This document shows, in pieces, positions 32,001-40,907 of a stretch of 64,000 nt of DNA. The stretch lies in the NCBI GenBank assembly GCA_030425805.1, contig JAUHZC010000002.1:159020-223019 (forward strand). Direction: 5' to 3'. The first letter of the stretch is position 1. The number at the start of each line of letters is the position of its first letter. Made by a program: the position numbers and the translations under genes. The notes under the pieces were generated by a model. That model worked only from the letters and a program-made list of their open reading frames with translations, had not been told where the DNA came from and ran no database searches. This stretch comes from Alphaproteobacteria bacterium. GTDB lineage: Bacteria; Pseudomonadota; Alphaproteobacteria; JAUHZC01.

Positions 32001-32403
32001 ATTAGAGCTTGCACGCGTTTATAAAGAAATCAGGAAGCTCGAGGAGGCGGAAAATTTACTCCATTCCGTACTTGAGAAATTCCAAGATAGTTTTGGTAAA
32101 AACAATTTGTGGACAGCCTCTGCACACTTTCACTTAGCAGAGGTTTACACTCTCAAAAGGAATTTTTCTGATGCTGAACCCCACTATGCAAAAGCCATTT
32201 CAATTTTGGAGGAATTCAAACATCCTGATTTAAAAATAGTCTTGCATAAGAAGAAAGACTTACGTTCCAGAATTACTCTTGAAGACTCAGAAAACAAACA
32301 AACTCCTCAAGGAAACTTTGGGGCGGTGATTAAAAAGATTTGGAATAAATTTAGTTCTTTTTTTCCAGACAAAACACGCGACAACGCGACTTCCCCCACA
32401 TGA
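29098..32403 (+). CDS. STAND NTPase: NB-ARC domain plus C-terminal TPR array, N-terminal LuxR-like HTH region and one hydrophobic segment
   Basis: 1101 aa. TTG at 29098 or ATG at 29113. NB-ARC motifs: P-loop GIVGIGGAGKTTLA, Walker B ILIYDNVED, RNBS-B-like GSVIITSQD, GLPL-like GLKPRESLSLFKK. At least 8 TPR-like repeats over residues about 700-1050. N-terminal TAQILNLSPNSVDTHLRNFRA resembles a LuxR/GerE HTH. Hydrophobic stretch LLYVLLVATVAFWVT. Confidence 0.8.
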   Translation: MGKYRMVKQSPPLSTKLLPSFYSSLKNEKNRILVGDFEATFSEFDCLAIFHHIKEKPREQTAQILNLSPNSVDTHLRNFRADKNGYLKIPNLARYLNNCDEASQNALQLHYRRWEVEDAFQKDYLQSLKSKHLHQQKGFLRVDRDIDQSQIPIKQFEKHLKLAGIDLTLDEDKDVSFSFHITKGQENYLSPDEAQEASGIVILIDDHISRNHHTYDLPNHDDYYIALLRILHTLYPSQLPEEKIEEFKKKQEALLKGCVKIKQRKMSSLKKTPSPKLLYVLLVATVAFWVTKASYDILYSVPKVHSELSSLPENHAFLDRRELIKKIEEKFNDGGDIKVVGIVGIGGAGKTTLAYHYARLQETPVIWAINAETKESLLLSFQNLANNLANTPLLREQLRSISELGDYDKEKRLFMFITRLLKRYPNWILIYDNVEDYTQLKRYFPHSSRVWGKGSVIITSQDMHISNTSYIKPDKIVIVEGLKPRESLSLFKKIFFNSPDHPLSEPQKEEITNFLKKIPPLPLDVSLAAYYLKETGISFNSYSQHLNKKQLEFEKMQKEVLGNTSFYKETRLSIADLTFKKIVQINQEFKELLFLVGLLDSQNIPRNFLYMYKDSLIVDNFIYQLKKYSLITNESHGTPLGTTFSIHRFMHTVMFSNTRESLEPSKQKAILEKAAAIFENYANSLLEKIDLSEMKFFIPHCDMFLKHTHLISPRRSARIYRELGDMYYYLRDDRKAKKLLEESLKINRDDNPNDIDRAHVLVFLSHIDVVLGKNKKAQLLLKKVEKKYKEVLKKNTLEVGRLLVAMGEMYGYLGRFKKAKEVVERGYKIHQKFHDLIGFARTMAYLGVSLGCLGDYEKAIPLMEKSLEIYKKHYKSDINYAWLLVHLGEFYGKTGNYKKALQLINLGTKSYKDNLPHPHADIAWALLYQTGAYLNLKNIPKAQEAAEEGMKVHKMLFDENNVRMAEAKLELARVYKEIRKLEEAENLLHSVLEKFQDSFGKNNLWTASAHFHLAEVYTLKRNFSDAEPHYAKAISILEEFKHPDLKIVLHKKKDLRSRITLEDSENKQTPQGNFGAVIKKIWNKFSSFFPDKTRDNATSPT

Positions 32404-32450
32404 GAATTTCTTCTGAGAGGAGCCACGTGCGCTCATAAGCAAGTATCAGA

Positions 32451-32708
32451 CTATCTCTTTTCCCAAGACTTTGAGAACAGCTCTGCATGGGTCATATAAA
32501 TATCTTCTAAAGACTCTTTCAGGTTTTGTTGAACTTTGCCAAACGGGGGGCCAAACTTCTTCTTTAGCTTCCTGAGAATATGCTCAGTTTCAGAGCCTTC
32601 AGAAGTCTTTTCTGCACCAACGTCCATAGCCTCAGTAATATCCCCTTGTTGCAAATAAGAAGTTGTAACGATAAAAATGATTAAAATTTTCAAATGATGA
32701 TTAGACAT
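32451..32708 (-). CDS. hypothetical small secreted protein
   Basis: Signal peptide MSNHHLKILIIFIVTTSYLQ. Start chosen at Met11 of the 95-aa ORF. Confidence 0.4.
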   Translation of the reverse strand: MSNHHLKILIIFIVTTSYLQQGDITEAMDVGAEKTSEGSETEHILRKLKKKFGPPFGKVQQNLKESLEDIYMTHAELFSKSWEKR

Positions 32709-32737
32709 GATTCTACCCTGTAACTCAGTTGTTAACA

Positions 32738-32754
32738 TTCAGAAATTTTCTGAA
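32738..32754. promoter_or_regulatory. perfect 8-bp inverted repeat TTCAGAAA-T-TTTCTGAA upstream of the small secreted-protein gene (candidate operator)
   Basis: Seen directly. Lies about 30 bp upstream of the preferred start codon of the minus-strand gene. Confidence 0.25.
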
Positions 32755-32863
32755 TAGACTGACCCGAAGCTAGCAGGAAAAATCATCCGAAAATATCACA
32801 AGCTATCCCTATAATGGGAGGCTAATGAAAATTCATTAGATGCTTTTATATCTCAGCATACGC

Positions 32864-33127
32864 CTAAAACAACCTCAATAATGGGGCGTCCTTGGGCTGA
32901 TCCAAAACAATCCATTTCTGAGAAAGCCCAATCTGTGTTAAGGCTAGGGCTAGAGTAGCCAAGACTGTTGTCCATAGGGCCTTACGCCGTAAATTTGGAT
33001 TTTCAGGAGCCCCAGAAGCATGGCCTTTTTCAACATGGTTGGGGCGGCGCACACCAAAAGGCAGCGCTGCTGCAAAAATCACCCACCAATACACAACGAA
33101 AAGGACTGTTCCCGTGACATAGCCCAT
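32864..33127 (-). CDS. small membrane protein (DUF1467-like)
   Basis: 87 aa. Two TM helices. 1 bp downstream of rnj. Confidence 0.55.
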   Translation of the reverse strand: MGYVTGTVLFVVYWWVIFAAALPFGVRRPNHVEKGHASGAPENPNLRRKALWTTVLATLALALTQIGLSQKWIVLDQPKDAPLLRLF

Positions 33128-33128
33128 A

Positions 33129-34790
33129 CTAGCTTTTCTTACCTTTGATTTTCACAATGTGAGCACTAATCATCGGTTTCTTGCCCGTATAAGATCCTAC
33201 AACCTGACGCACCTGATAGCGCACCATGTCCTGAATTTTATCACTATTATGAGCAGCATCCTGACTAGCAACAGCTTCAAGAGCTTCCTCAATTCCCTGA
33301 TTCACTGCATCAAGCAAACTTCCATGTTTCCCTCTTGCCTGAAGGCCGTAGGAAGTGATTTGGGGAGGCGCAATCGCTTTGGCCTGGTTATTCACTATCA
33401 GGGTGATAAAGATCGTTCCCATAGATTTGAGCATCTCCCGCTCTCCCAGATGATCACTGGTTAGCGGCACCAAGTCTTGTCCATCAAGAGCAAGAGCTCC
33501 AAAGTGAACTTCTTCAACAACAACAGGCGCCTTGCCCCGCTGCAGCCGAATCATTTGCCCATTGTGAGGCAAAATAGTGTGCGCGATTCCCTCTTCTTCC
33601 GCAAATTTACAATGCCCCCGGAGATGGTTGAATTCTCCATGTACAGGCACCAAAGATTTAGGTTTAAGCCAAGTGTAAAGATCCCGAAGATCATCTTGGC
33701 TTGGGTGACCAGAAACGTGGATAAAACCATCTTCTTCTGTGAGAACTTCAGCGCCTCGTTCCCCAAGGAGAATTTGCACCCGGTGAATATCGTCTTCATT
33801 TCCAGGAATCATCCGAGCAGAAAAGATGACCATATCATTGGGGCTGATACGCACATCTCGATGCTTTCCTCGGGCAATACGCGTCAGGGCTGCCCGTGAC
33901 TCTCCCTGGGACCCTGTACAAATCAGCATTACCTGGTCCTTTGGGAGTTTCATTGCTTCTTGTTCAGAAATAAATTCTGGCAAATCCGCAAGATAACCAC
34001 ATTCCCGAGCAACTTCCACCATACGGTGAAGAGAACGACCCACAAGGGCAACTTTTCGCCCAGCCTGTTCTGCTGCAAGAGCTGCTGTCTCAACACGTGC
34101 AACGTTACTTGCAAAGCAGGCAACAAAAACGCGATTTTTTTGTTGGGCAATAATATCAGCAAGGGACTCCCGCACATCAAGCTCAGACCCAGCACGCCCT
34201 GCAAGAAGAGCATTGGTAGAGTCACACACAAGTGTATCCACACCCTCTTTGCCAATCTCTTTTAAACGCTCAACATCAGTCGTTTCCCCAATCAGAGGAT
34301 TCTTGTCCAACTTCCAGTCTCCTGTATGGAATACTGAGCCTCCAGGGGTTTTGATGTAAAGGCCATTTGGCTCTGGAATAGAGTGAGTCATTGTCACAAA
34401 CTCCATCTCAAAAGGCCCTGCCTTGAAGGTGCCCTTAAGATCAATCTCATGAAGCTCTGCCATGGATTGCATCCCAGCGTCTTGAAGCTTACGTTTGACA
34501 AGACCCAGGGTAAAAGCCGTCCCATAGATGGGGCACTTAAATTTTGAATAAAGATGAGTGATTGCCCCGATATGGTCCTCATGCCCATGAGTTACCACAA
34601 GACCAACTAAGTTCTTACTCCGGCTTTCAATAAATTGAGGATCTGGTGTGAGAATTTCAATTCCCAGATCGTGATTAAAGGTAACGCCACAATCGACCAT
34701 GAGCCATTTCCCTCCATATTCGTAGAGGTTCATATTCATTCCGATTTCGCCACATCCTCCAAGCGGGAGGAAATGTAAATGTTCTGCCAT
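33129..34790 (-). CDS. rnj: ribonuclease J (metallo-beta-lactamase / beta-CASP RNase)
   Basis: 553 aa. MBL motif VTHGHEDHIGA plus beta-CASP and C-terminal domains. Confidence 0.9.
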   Translation of the reverse strand: MAEHLHFLPLGGCGEIGMNMNLYEYGGKWLMVDCGVTFNHDLGIEILTPDPQFIESRSKNLVGLVVTHGHEDHIGAITHLYSKFKCPIYGTAFTLGLVKRKLQDAGMQSMAELHEIDLKGTFKAGPFEMEFVTMTHSIPEPNGLYIKTPGGSVFHTGDWKLDKNPLIGETTDVERLKEIGKEGVDTLVCDSTNALLAGRAGSELDVRESLADIIAQQKNRVFVACFASNVARVETAALAAEQAGRKVALVGRSLHRMVEVARECGYLADLPEFISEQEAMKLPKDQVMLICTGSQGESRAALTRIARGKHRDVRISPNDMVIFSARMIPGNEDDIHRVQILLGERGAEVLTEEDGFIHVSGHPSQDDLRDLYTWLKPKSLVPVHGEFNHLRGHCKFAEEEGIAHTILPHNGQMIRLQRGKAPVVVEEVHFGALALDGQDLVPLTSDHLGEREMLKSMGTIFITLIVNNQAKAIAPPQITSYGLQARGKHGSLLDAVNQGIEEALEAVASQDAAHNSDKIQDMVRYQVRQVVGSYTGKKPMISAHIVKIKGKKS

Positions 34791-34820
34791 GTATTTTCCT
34801 TAAAGGTTAAATTAACGTCA

Positions 34821-35615
34821 TTAACTCAATTTTACGGGATTTTTTTCCAAAAACATATCCCCTGTTAAAAAAGTTTCTATTTTATCAAGTTGGGGCGTAT
34901 GAGAAAGCCGGAGATGTCCTTCGTTTGACACACCTGCAAAATACCCCTGCATGCGCTTTCCATCAACGTTGTGAAACTGAATCGGTGTTCCCTGCTCCAC
35001 CGTATTCCGCGTCCAGTATGAGAGAACACTTTCAAACCCACTCTCCAACCAGCGGTGTTTCCAAACCACCATATAATTCGTAATTGCTGCTAAAACCATT
35101 TCCAAGGGGAGATGAAATTTACTGTGATCATTCAAAGCTGTTGCAATTTCACAGACGTCAGGGTGGACTTGATTGATATTCATCCCAACCCCGCAAACAA
35201 GAGTCGGATATTCCCCCATATCTTTTGCCCCCCGTTCAATCAGGATGCCACAAACTTTTTTATCCTGCAGCAACAAATCGTTGGGCCATTTTAGGACCAA
35301 TGGACAGCTCATCACATGCTGTAAGGCATTATGGATTGCAACGCCAACAACAAAGGAAAATTCTCCCAAACGGGACACATCAACGGGGCATTCTATGGCA
35401 TAGCTTGCATAAAGCCCAACCTTTGGTGGCAACCACTTCCGCCCCTGTCGCCCCCGGCCTGAAGGTTGAGATTTCGCCCAAATAACCGTATCCTGCCCAA
35501 ACTCTCCTGCAAGTAAAGCTTTGTGGGCAATATCCATTGTGCTCGGAACTGATTCGTAAGCTCGGAGTGAAAAAAGTGGTGATATCGCGGAGACAAGCCA
35601 GTCTGAAGCAACCAA
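34821..35615 (-). CDS. birA: biotin--[acetyl-CoA-carboxylase] ligase
   Basis: 264 aa. Conserved KWPNDLL...GILIE core. No N-terminal HTH, so this is a class I BirA. Confidence 0.85.
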   Translation of the reverse strand: MVASDWLVSAISPLFSLRAYESVPSTMDIAHKALLAGEFGQDTVIWAKSQPSGRGRQGRKWLPPKVGLYASYAIECPVDVSRLGEFSFVVGVAIHNALQHVMSCPLVLKWPNDLLLQDKKVCGILIERGAKDMGEYPTLVCGVGMNINQVHPDVCEIATALNDHSKFHLPLEMVLAAITNYMVVWKHRWLESGFESVLSYWTRNTVEQGTPIQFHNVDGKRMQGYFAGVSNEGHLRLSHTPQLDKIETFLTGDMFLEKNPVKLS

Positions 35616-35644
35616 TATGAAACGCTTCCCTTTTCTTTTTTGTT

Positions 35645-37111
35645 TTAGAGAAAACTGAGCACAAAAGCAAATAAGATTGTAATTGCTGCAAGCCCAACAC
35701 TTGCTAAATTTGACAGTCGATAGACGAGAAAACTTTGACGCAGGGGTGTTTCTGCCACAAGACCTTCTGTCCCTTCTGGAAGAGCATCAAAGTAGAGGGC
35801 TTTTATGATTCGAAGATAATAGGCAGCACTTACAACACTCACGAAGATACCCGCAAAGACAGCAAAAGTATATCCATGTTGCAATGCGTGCTTAAAGACA
35901 ACGAACTTTCCAAAGAAACCCGCCAATGGCGGCACACCAGCAAGAGAAAACATGAGAAGCGCTAGCAAGAGACGGTAGGCCTCTGGGACTTGTCGGACAT
36001 AAACAAAGTCATCTACCGTCTCCAAGGAGAGGCCTTGGTTTTGTAGGTAGGCTACTAAACCGATCACCGCCACAAAGCCAATGCTATAGATCAAGAGGTA
36101 GTTCATCGAGGCCAAACTGATTTCATCTCCAGGCAGGAGGCCGATGGCAACAAAGCCCATATTGGCCACAGCGGAATATCCCATCAAACGTCGGAAATTT
36201 CTTTGTGTTAAAGCTCCAAGCGCTCCCCACCCCATGGAAAGGACCGCCAAGAATGTGATTGCCACGCCCAACTCCTCATACACGAGAGAGAAAGGCCCTT
36301 TCAACAGTAAGATTGAAAACCCTAAAGTTGCGAGCTTGGGCAAAACGCCAATCAACAATAAAGATTGTGTTGAAGCCCCCTGGTATACATCAGGAACCCA
36401 GAGGTGGAAGGGCGCAAGAGCCATCTTGAACCCAAGGCCTGCTAGTAAAAACCCAATACCAAGATACCAAAGCGGAGAAGACAAAAACGTCTCACTTTCA
36501 AGCTTCATCAAATTGGCAATTTCATCAAATTGACAAGCACCTGTGAGCCCGTAGATAAAGGCTACACCCATAAGGAAAAAGGAAGAACTGACAGCCCCCG
36601 TAATAAAATATTTCATGGCAGCTTCTTTTGCATTAGCCCCATCACTCCAGAAAGCCACATAAGCATAAAGGCTCAGGCTCATCATTTCCAAGGCCACAAA
36701 AGCCACAAAAAAATCATTTGCAGAAAGAAGAAGGGCTCCTCCTGTTATTGAGAAGAGGATGAGGGAATACCCTTCTGGGGCTGTCTTCTCTTTTTCAATG
36801 GTAATACTCCCCCCGACAAGAAGGACAAATGCAGCTAAAGCCAAGAAATATCCCCGGAAAGATTGGGAAAGGGGGGAAGCTTCAAGAGATGCAAAAAAGC
36901 CCTGCATCCCATCCACCGAATTCCAAGATCCTGACGGGATAAAGAGCACAGCAAAGGCCATGAGGATGATCCCTACTGAAAACAGAGGGAAAAATTCTTT
37001 TGATCGTTTCGGGAACAATGTCATGAGAAGCAAGATGAGCCCTCCTCCCAAAAGAACTAACTCACTTTGAACCAGCTTGAGATCCATCAAAAAATTATCC
37101 AGCATGAGCAT
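35645..37111 (-). CDS. nuoN: NADH-quinone oxidoreductase subunit N
   Basis: Start chosen at the internal Met (MLMLDNFLMDL) to avoid a 59-bp overlap with nuoM. Antiporter-like TM protein. Confidence 0.9.
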   Translation of the reverse strand: MLMLDNFLMDLKLVQSELVLLGGGLILLLMTLFPKRSKEFFPLFSVGIILMAFAVLFIPSGSWNSVDGMQGFFASLEASPLSQSFRGYFLALAAFVLLVGGSITIEKEKTAPEGYSLILFSITGGALLLSANDFFVAFVALEMMSLSLYAYVAFWSDGANAKEAAMKYFITGAVSSSFFLMGVAFIYGLTGACQFDEIANLMKLESETFLSSPLWYLGIGFLLAGLGFKMALAPFHLWVPDVYQGASTQSLLLIGVLPKLATLGFSILLLKGPFSLVYEELGVAITFLAVLSMGWGALGALTQRNFRRLMGYSAVANMGFVAIGLLPGDEISLASMNYLLIYSIGFVAVIGLVAYLQNQGLSLETVDDFVYVRQVPEAYRLLLALLMFSLAGVPPLAGFFGKFVVFKHALQHGYTFAVFAGIFVSVVSAAYYLRIIKALYFDALPEGTEGLVAETPLRQSFLVYRLSNLASVGLAAITILFAFVLSFL

Positions 37112-38693
37112 CTCCTTCCTGTGTCGTGAGTTCAGGGGTCCGTGATGCTGCAAGGACTACTTTTTCTTCTGATGGAGCGAGATCGATCATAGCAAGTTGA
37201 GGATCTTTCTGCTTCTCAAGTGCAGCATGCAAAGATTGTGTGACAGGCTCTATGGATGGAGCCATCACATTCATCAATGGCTGTGGCCAAACCCCCAGAC
37301 CAACGACACAAAGCGCAAGAGACGCAAGAACTCCTTTTTCTACGTTATTTAAAGGAGAAAGTTTTTCGCTCTCCTCCCCAAGCTTTCCAAAAATAACCCT
37401 GCGGTAAAGCCACAAGGCATAGGCCGCTCCTAGGAATAAAGAAGTTCCCAGTAAGAAGGCCAAAACACCCGAGACCTTGAAAAGACTGATAAGCACCAGG
37501 ACTTCTCCGACAAATCCTGCCGTTCCAGGAAGTCCTGTCGCAGCTAAGACAAAAATCATCATCATGGCAGAAAAGAAAGGAAGCTTGTTTGCCACGCCTC
37601 CATATGCTGCGAGAGAGCGTGTCCCCACACGGGCGTACAGAACGCCAACACAAATAAATAAAGCTCCAGAAATAAGGCCATGGCTAATCATTTGGAAAAG
37701 CCCTCCTTGGATCCCTATCGTTGAAAAAGTAAAAAAGCCTGCTGTGACAAAAGCCATATGGGCAACAGAGGAGTAGGCTACCAACTTCTTCATATCGTCC
37801 TGGACAAGAGCCACCATAGAGGTATACACAACCCCTACAATAGAGACACCAAAGACTAACCAAGTCAGATCAAGAGAAGCCTCAGGGAATAGGGGCAAAA
37901 GCAGGCGAATCATTCCATATCCCCCAACCTTAAGGAGAATCCCTGCCAACATCACGGATCCAGCTGTAGGAGCCTGGACGTGTGCATCTGGTAGCCAGGT
38001 ATGAAAAGGCCAAACAGGGAGCTTCACGGCAAACGCAATAAAGAATGCGACCCAGAGGAAAATCGTAATCTCAGGATTAAAATCACTTTGACCGAGGATA
38101 TCTAGGTGACTTTGACCTGCCTGGGTATAGATCAAGATCATGGCCGCCAACATCAACAAAGATCCCAAGAAGGTATACAAAAAAAGCTTGTACGATGCAT
38201 AGACCCGCTGGGCCCCTCCCCATACCCCAACAATAAGGAACATGGGAATCAAAATCATCTCAAAGAAAATGTAGAATAGGAACAAATCCCGCGCAGAAAA
38301 AACGCCGATTAAGGCCCCCTCAAGAACAAGAAAGGCCACCAGATAAGATCGACGCTGCTGAATCTCTTGCCCCCATCCCAGCAAAATTGACAAGAATGTG
38401 AGAAAAGTGGTGAGAACAATTAAGGGCAAAGCAATGCCATCAATTCCCACGGCATATTGAGGATCCATCATCTTGGACCACTCATAAATTTCCTGAAACT
38501 GATACCCTCCCAGAGGATCAAACTTTATTACCAGGTAAACACTTAAGATAAAGGAAACAAAGCTGACGAAAGAAGCCACATAAAAAGCATTCTCATCTTC
38601 ACTGGAGAGAAGAGAAACAAAAAGCCCCCCAATCAGTGGTAGAAAAATTAAAAAGCTTAGAAAAGGAAAACTATCCAAGACGCCCGCCTCCAA
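37095..38693 (-). CDS. nuoM: NADH-quinone oxidoreductase subunit M
   Basis: 532 aa. Antiporter-like subunit. Roughly 45-aa hydrophilic C-terminal extension. Confidence 0.9.
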   Translation of the reverse strand: MEAGVLDSFPFLSFLIFLPLIGGLFVSLLSSEDENAFYVASFVSFVSFILSVYLVIKFDPLGGYQFQEIYEWSKMMDPQYAVGIDGIALPLIVLTTFLTFLSILLGWGQEIQQRRSYLVAFLVLEGALIGVFSARDLFLFYIFFEMILIPMFLIVGVWGGAQRVYASYKLFLYTFLGSLLMLAAMILIYTQAGQSHLDILGQSDFNPEITIFLWVAFFIAFAVKLPVWPFHTWLPDAHVQAPTAGSVMLAGILLKVGGYGMIRLLLPLFPEASLDLTWLVFGVSIVGVVYTSMVALVQDDMKKLVAYSSVAHMAFVTAGFFTFSTIGIQGGLFQMISHGLISGALFICVGVLYARVGTRSLAAYGGVANKLPFFSAMMMIFVLAATGLPGTAGFVGEVLVLISLFKVSGVLAFLLGTSLFLGAAYALWLYRRVIFGKLGEESEKLSPLNNVEKGVLASLALCVVGLGVWPQPLMNVMAPSIEPVTQSLHAALEKQKDPQLAMIDLAPSEEKVVLAASRTPELTTQEGDAHAG

Positions 38694-40593
38694 ACAAAAT
38701 CAACACGATAAGAAGCAGAACCCCCATGACCAAGGCCGCTATATAGGTTGGCAGAAGGCCTGTATAACTCCGGCGCAGCTTGAGGGATCCTTCAACGGCT
38801 TTGTGGGTGAGGCCATCAGGACCAATTGCATCAATCCCTTTTTGATCTCCAAACACCCAGAACAATTGACCAAGCCACCATACTGGCTTCACAAACAGGG
38901 CCTGGTAAAGCGCATCAAAGTACCATTTATTTACTAAAAATCGTTCCATGAAACCAATGGACTTCGCGAGCTTCTTTTCTTTCCATTTTCGGAAAACCAC
39001 AAGAGCCAAAACGAAGACACAAATTCCCACAACTGTCGGAGCAAGTTCAACAATCCCCACATGGTGCGGTATGAGAGGAGCCACGATTTTATCACCCCAA
39101 AATCCCTTCCCTCCCATGAGGAATTTCTTGTACCCCAACATGCCAGACACAAGAGCCCCAAGCGCAAGAAGTGCAAGAGGAAAGTTCATCATTAAGCCTG
39201 GCTCATGAATCCGAGCTCGCAAAGCTTCGTCTGCGCGGCTACGACCCAAGAATGTCATTCCTAGCATCCGCCCGGTATAGGCCGCTGTTAAAACAAGAGA
39301 GATGATACTCAGCACCCAAGGCCCCAAGCCGTATTGATCTTGTGCTGCAAAGGCTGAGGCCAGGATTGCTTCTTTTGAATAAAACCCTGAGAACAAGGGG
39401 AATCCAACTAATGCCAAAGACCCAATCAGCATAAAGGCAAAAGTCATTTTCATGGGGCGATACAATCCCCCCATTTTGCGCATGTCTTGCTCGTTTGACA
39501 TACTGTGGATCACAGCTCCAGCCCCCAAAAACAGGAGTGCTTTAAAAAAACCGTGGGTAAAAAGGTGGAAGACTGCCCCATTGTAAGCCCCGACCCCTAA
39601 GCCGAGGAACATATATCCCAACTGACTACAGGTGGAATAGGCAATCACTTTTTTGATATCATTCTGGACCAAGGCAATCGTTCCTGCAGCAAAGGCTGTC
39701 AACGCTCCAACCCACACAACACAGGTACTTGCAAAGGTAGTATCAAGATAAAGAGGAGACAGCCGGGCAATCAAGTAAACACCTGCTGTGACCATTGTGG
39801 CTGCATGAATCAGGGCCGAAACAGGTGTTGGCCCCTCCATGGCATCAGGGAGCCATGTGTGGAGTCCCAATTGTGCTGATTTCCCCATGGCACCAATGAG
39901 AAATAGAATGCCAAGAACATCTAAAGCAGGAACAGGGGTACCCAGAACCACAAAAGGCTCAGGCACAGCACTTTGCAAAAGGGAGAGGCCTTTTCCAATT
40001 TCAAGGGTTTGTGTGAGGTAGAAGAAACCTGCCATTCCCATCACGAGGAAAAGGTCCCCTACCCGGTTCACGAGAAAAGCCTTCATCGCTGCCTGGTTTG
40101 CAGATTCCTTTTCATACCAATATCCAATGAGAAGATAGGAACAAACGCCCACCCCTTCCCAGCCAAAGAAGAGCTGGAGTAAATCCTGGGCTGAAACCAG
40201 CATCAACATCGCAAATGTGAAGAGACCAAGGTAGGCGTAGTAGCGGCTCAGATCTTCCTCACCTTCCATGTACTCATAAGAGTAAAGGTGAACAAGAAAA
40301 GACACGACTAGCACCAAAAAAATCATGACGACAGAGAGAGGATCTGCGCTCAAAGCCCAGGTTGCTGAAAAATCACCGATCTCAATCCACGTCATCAGTG
40401 GAACTGTAACAGCGAAAGCCCCCCCAGATTTCACCATTTTCATAAACAGTGTGGAGCCTGCCAGGGTTGCGATTCCCATGAAAAAACCACAAAAGCGAAT
40501 CAAGGCAGTCTTGCTAAGCTGTCGATGGAAAAGTCCGGCAAAGAGGCATGAAATGAGAGGGCCAAAGACAGCAAGTTTCAGAAAGAGTTTCAT
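38671..40593 (-). CDS. nuoL: NADH-quinone oxidoreductase subunit L
   Basis: 640 aa. Includes the long amphipathic lateral helix. Confidence 0.92.
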   Translation of the reverse strand: MKLFLKLAVFGPLISCLFAGLFHRQLSKTALIRFCGFFMGIATLAGSTLFMKMVKSGGAFAVTVPLMTWIEIGDFSATWALSADPLSVVMIFLVLVVSFLVHLYSYEYMEGEEDLSRYYAYLGLFTFAMLMLVSAQDLLQLFFGWEGVGVCSYLLIGYWYEKESANQAAMKAFLVNRVGDLFLVMGMAGFFYLTQTLEIGKGLSLLQSAVPEPFVVLGTPVPALDVLGILFLIGAMGKSAQLGLHTWLPDAMEGPTPVSALIHAATMVTAGVYLIARLSPLYLDTTFASTCVVWVGALTAFAAGTIALVQNDIKKVIAYSTCSQLGYMFLGLGVGAYNGAVFHLFTHGFFKALLFLGAGAVIHSMSNEQDMRKMGGLYRPMKMTFAFMLIGSLALVGFPLFSGFYSKEAILASAFAAQDQYGLGPWVLSIISLVLTAAYTGRMLGMTFLGRSRADEALRARIHEPGLMMNFPLALLALGALVSGMLGYKKFLMGGKGFWGDKIVAPLIPHHVGIVELAPTVVGICVFVLALVVFRKWKEKKLAKSIGFMERFLVNKWYFDALYQALFVKPVWWLGQLFWVFGDQKGIDAIGPDGLTHKAVEGSLKLRRSYTGLLPTYIAALVMGVLLLIVLILFGGGRLG

Positions 40594-40907
40594 TCGACTT
40601 TCTCCCCCAAACTCACCATATCTGTAATTTGAATCGTTCTCTTCTCCCGGAAATAGACGACGAGAATCGCAAGTCCAATGGCAGCTTCTGCTGCAGCGAC
40701 GGTGAGGATAAACAGGCTAAAGACCTGACCGGTGACTTCCCCATGAAAACGGCTAAAGGAAACAAATGTCAGATTGACACCCAATAGCATCAACTCAAGA
40801 GACATCAGAATATGGATGAGACTTTTTCGGGCCATCAAAACCCCGAAAACACCTACGGCAAACAAAGCCATACTCAAACACAAATAGTGCATTAACGTGA
40901 TGTCCAT
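40590..40907 (-). CDS. nuoK: NADH-quinone oxidoreductase subunit K
   Basis: 105 aa. 3 TM helices. Confidence 0.9.
   Translation of the reverse strand: MDITLMHYLCLSMALFAVGVFGVLMARKSLIHILMSLELMLLGVNLTFVSFSRFHGEVTGQVFSLFILTVAAAEAAIGLAILVVYFREKRTIQITDMVSLGEKVE

Noticed and set aside
33477-33899. 140-aa plus-strand ORF within rnj
   Set aside because: It is antisense to RNase J, which has clear MBL and beta-CASP motifs.
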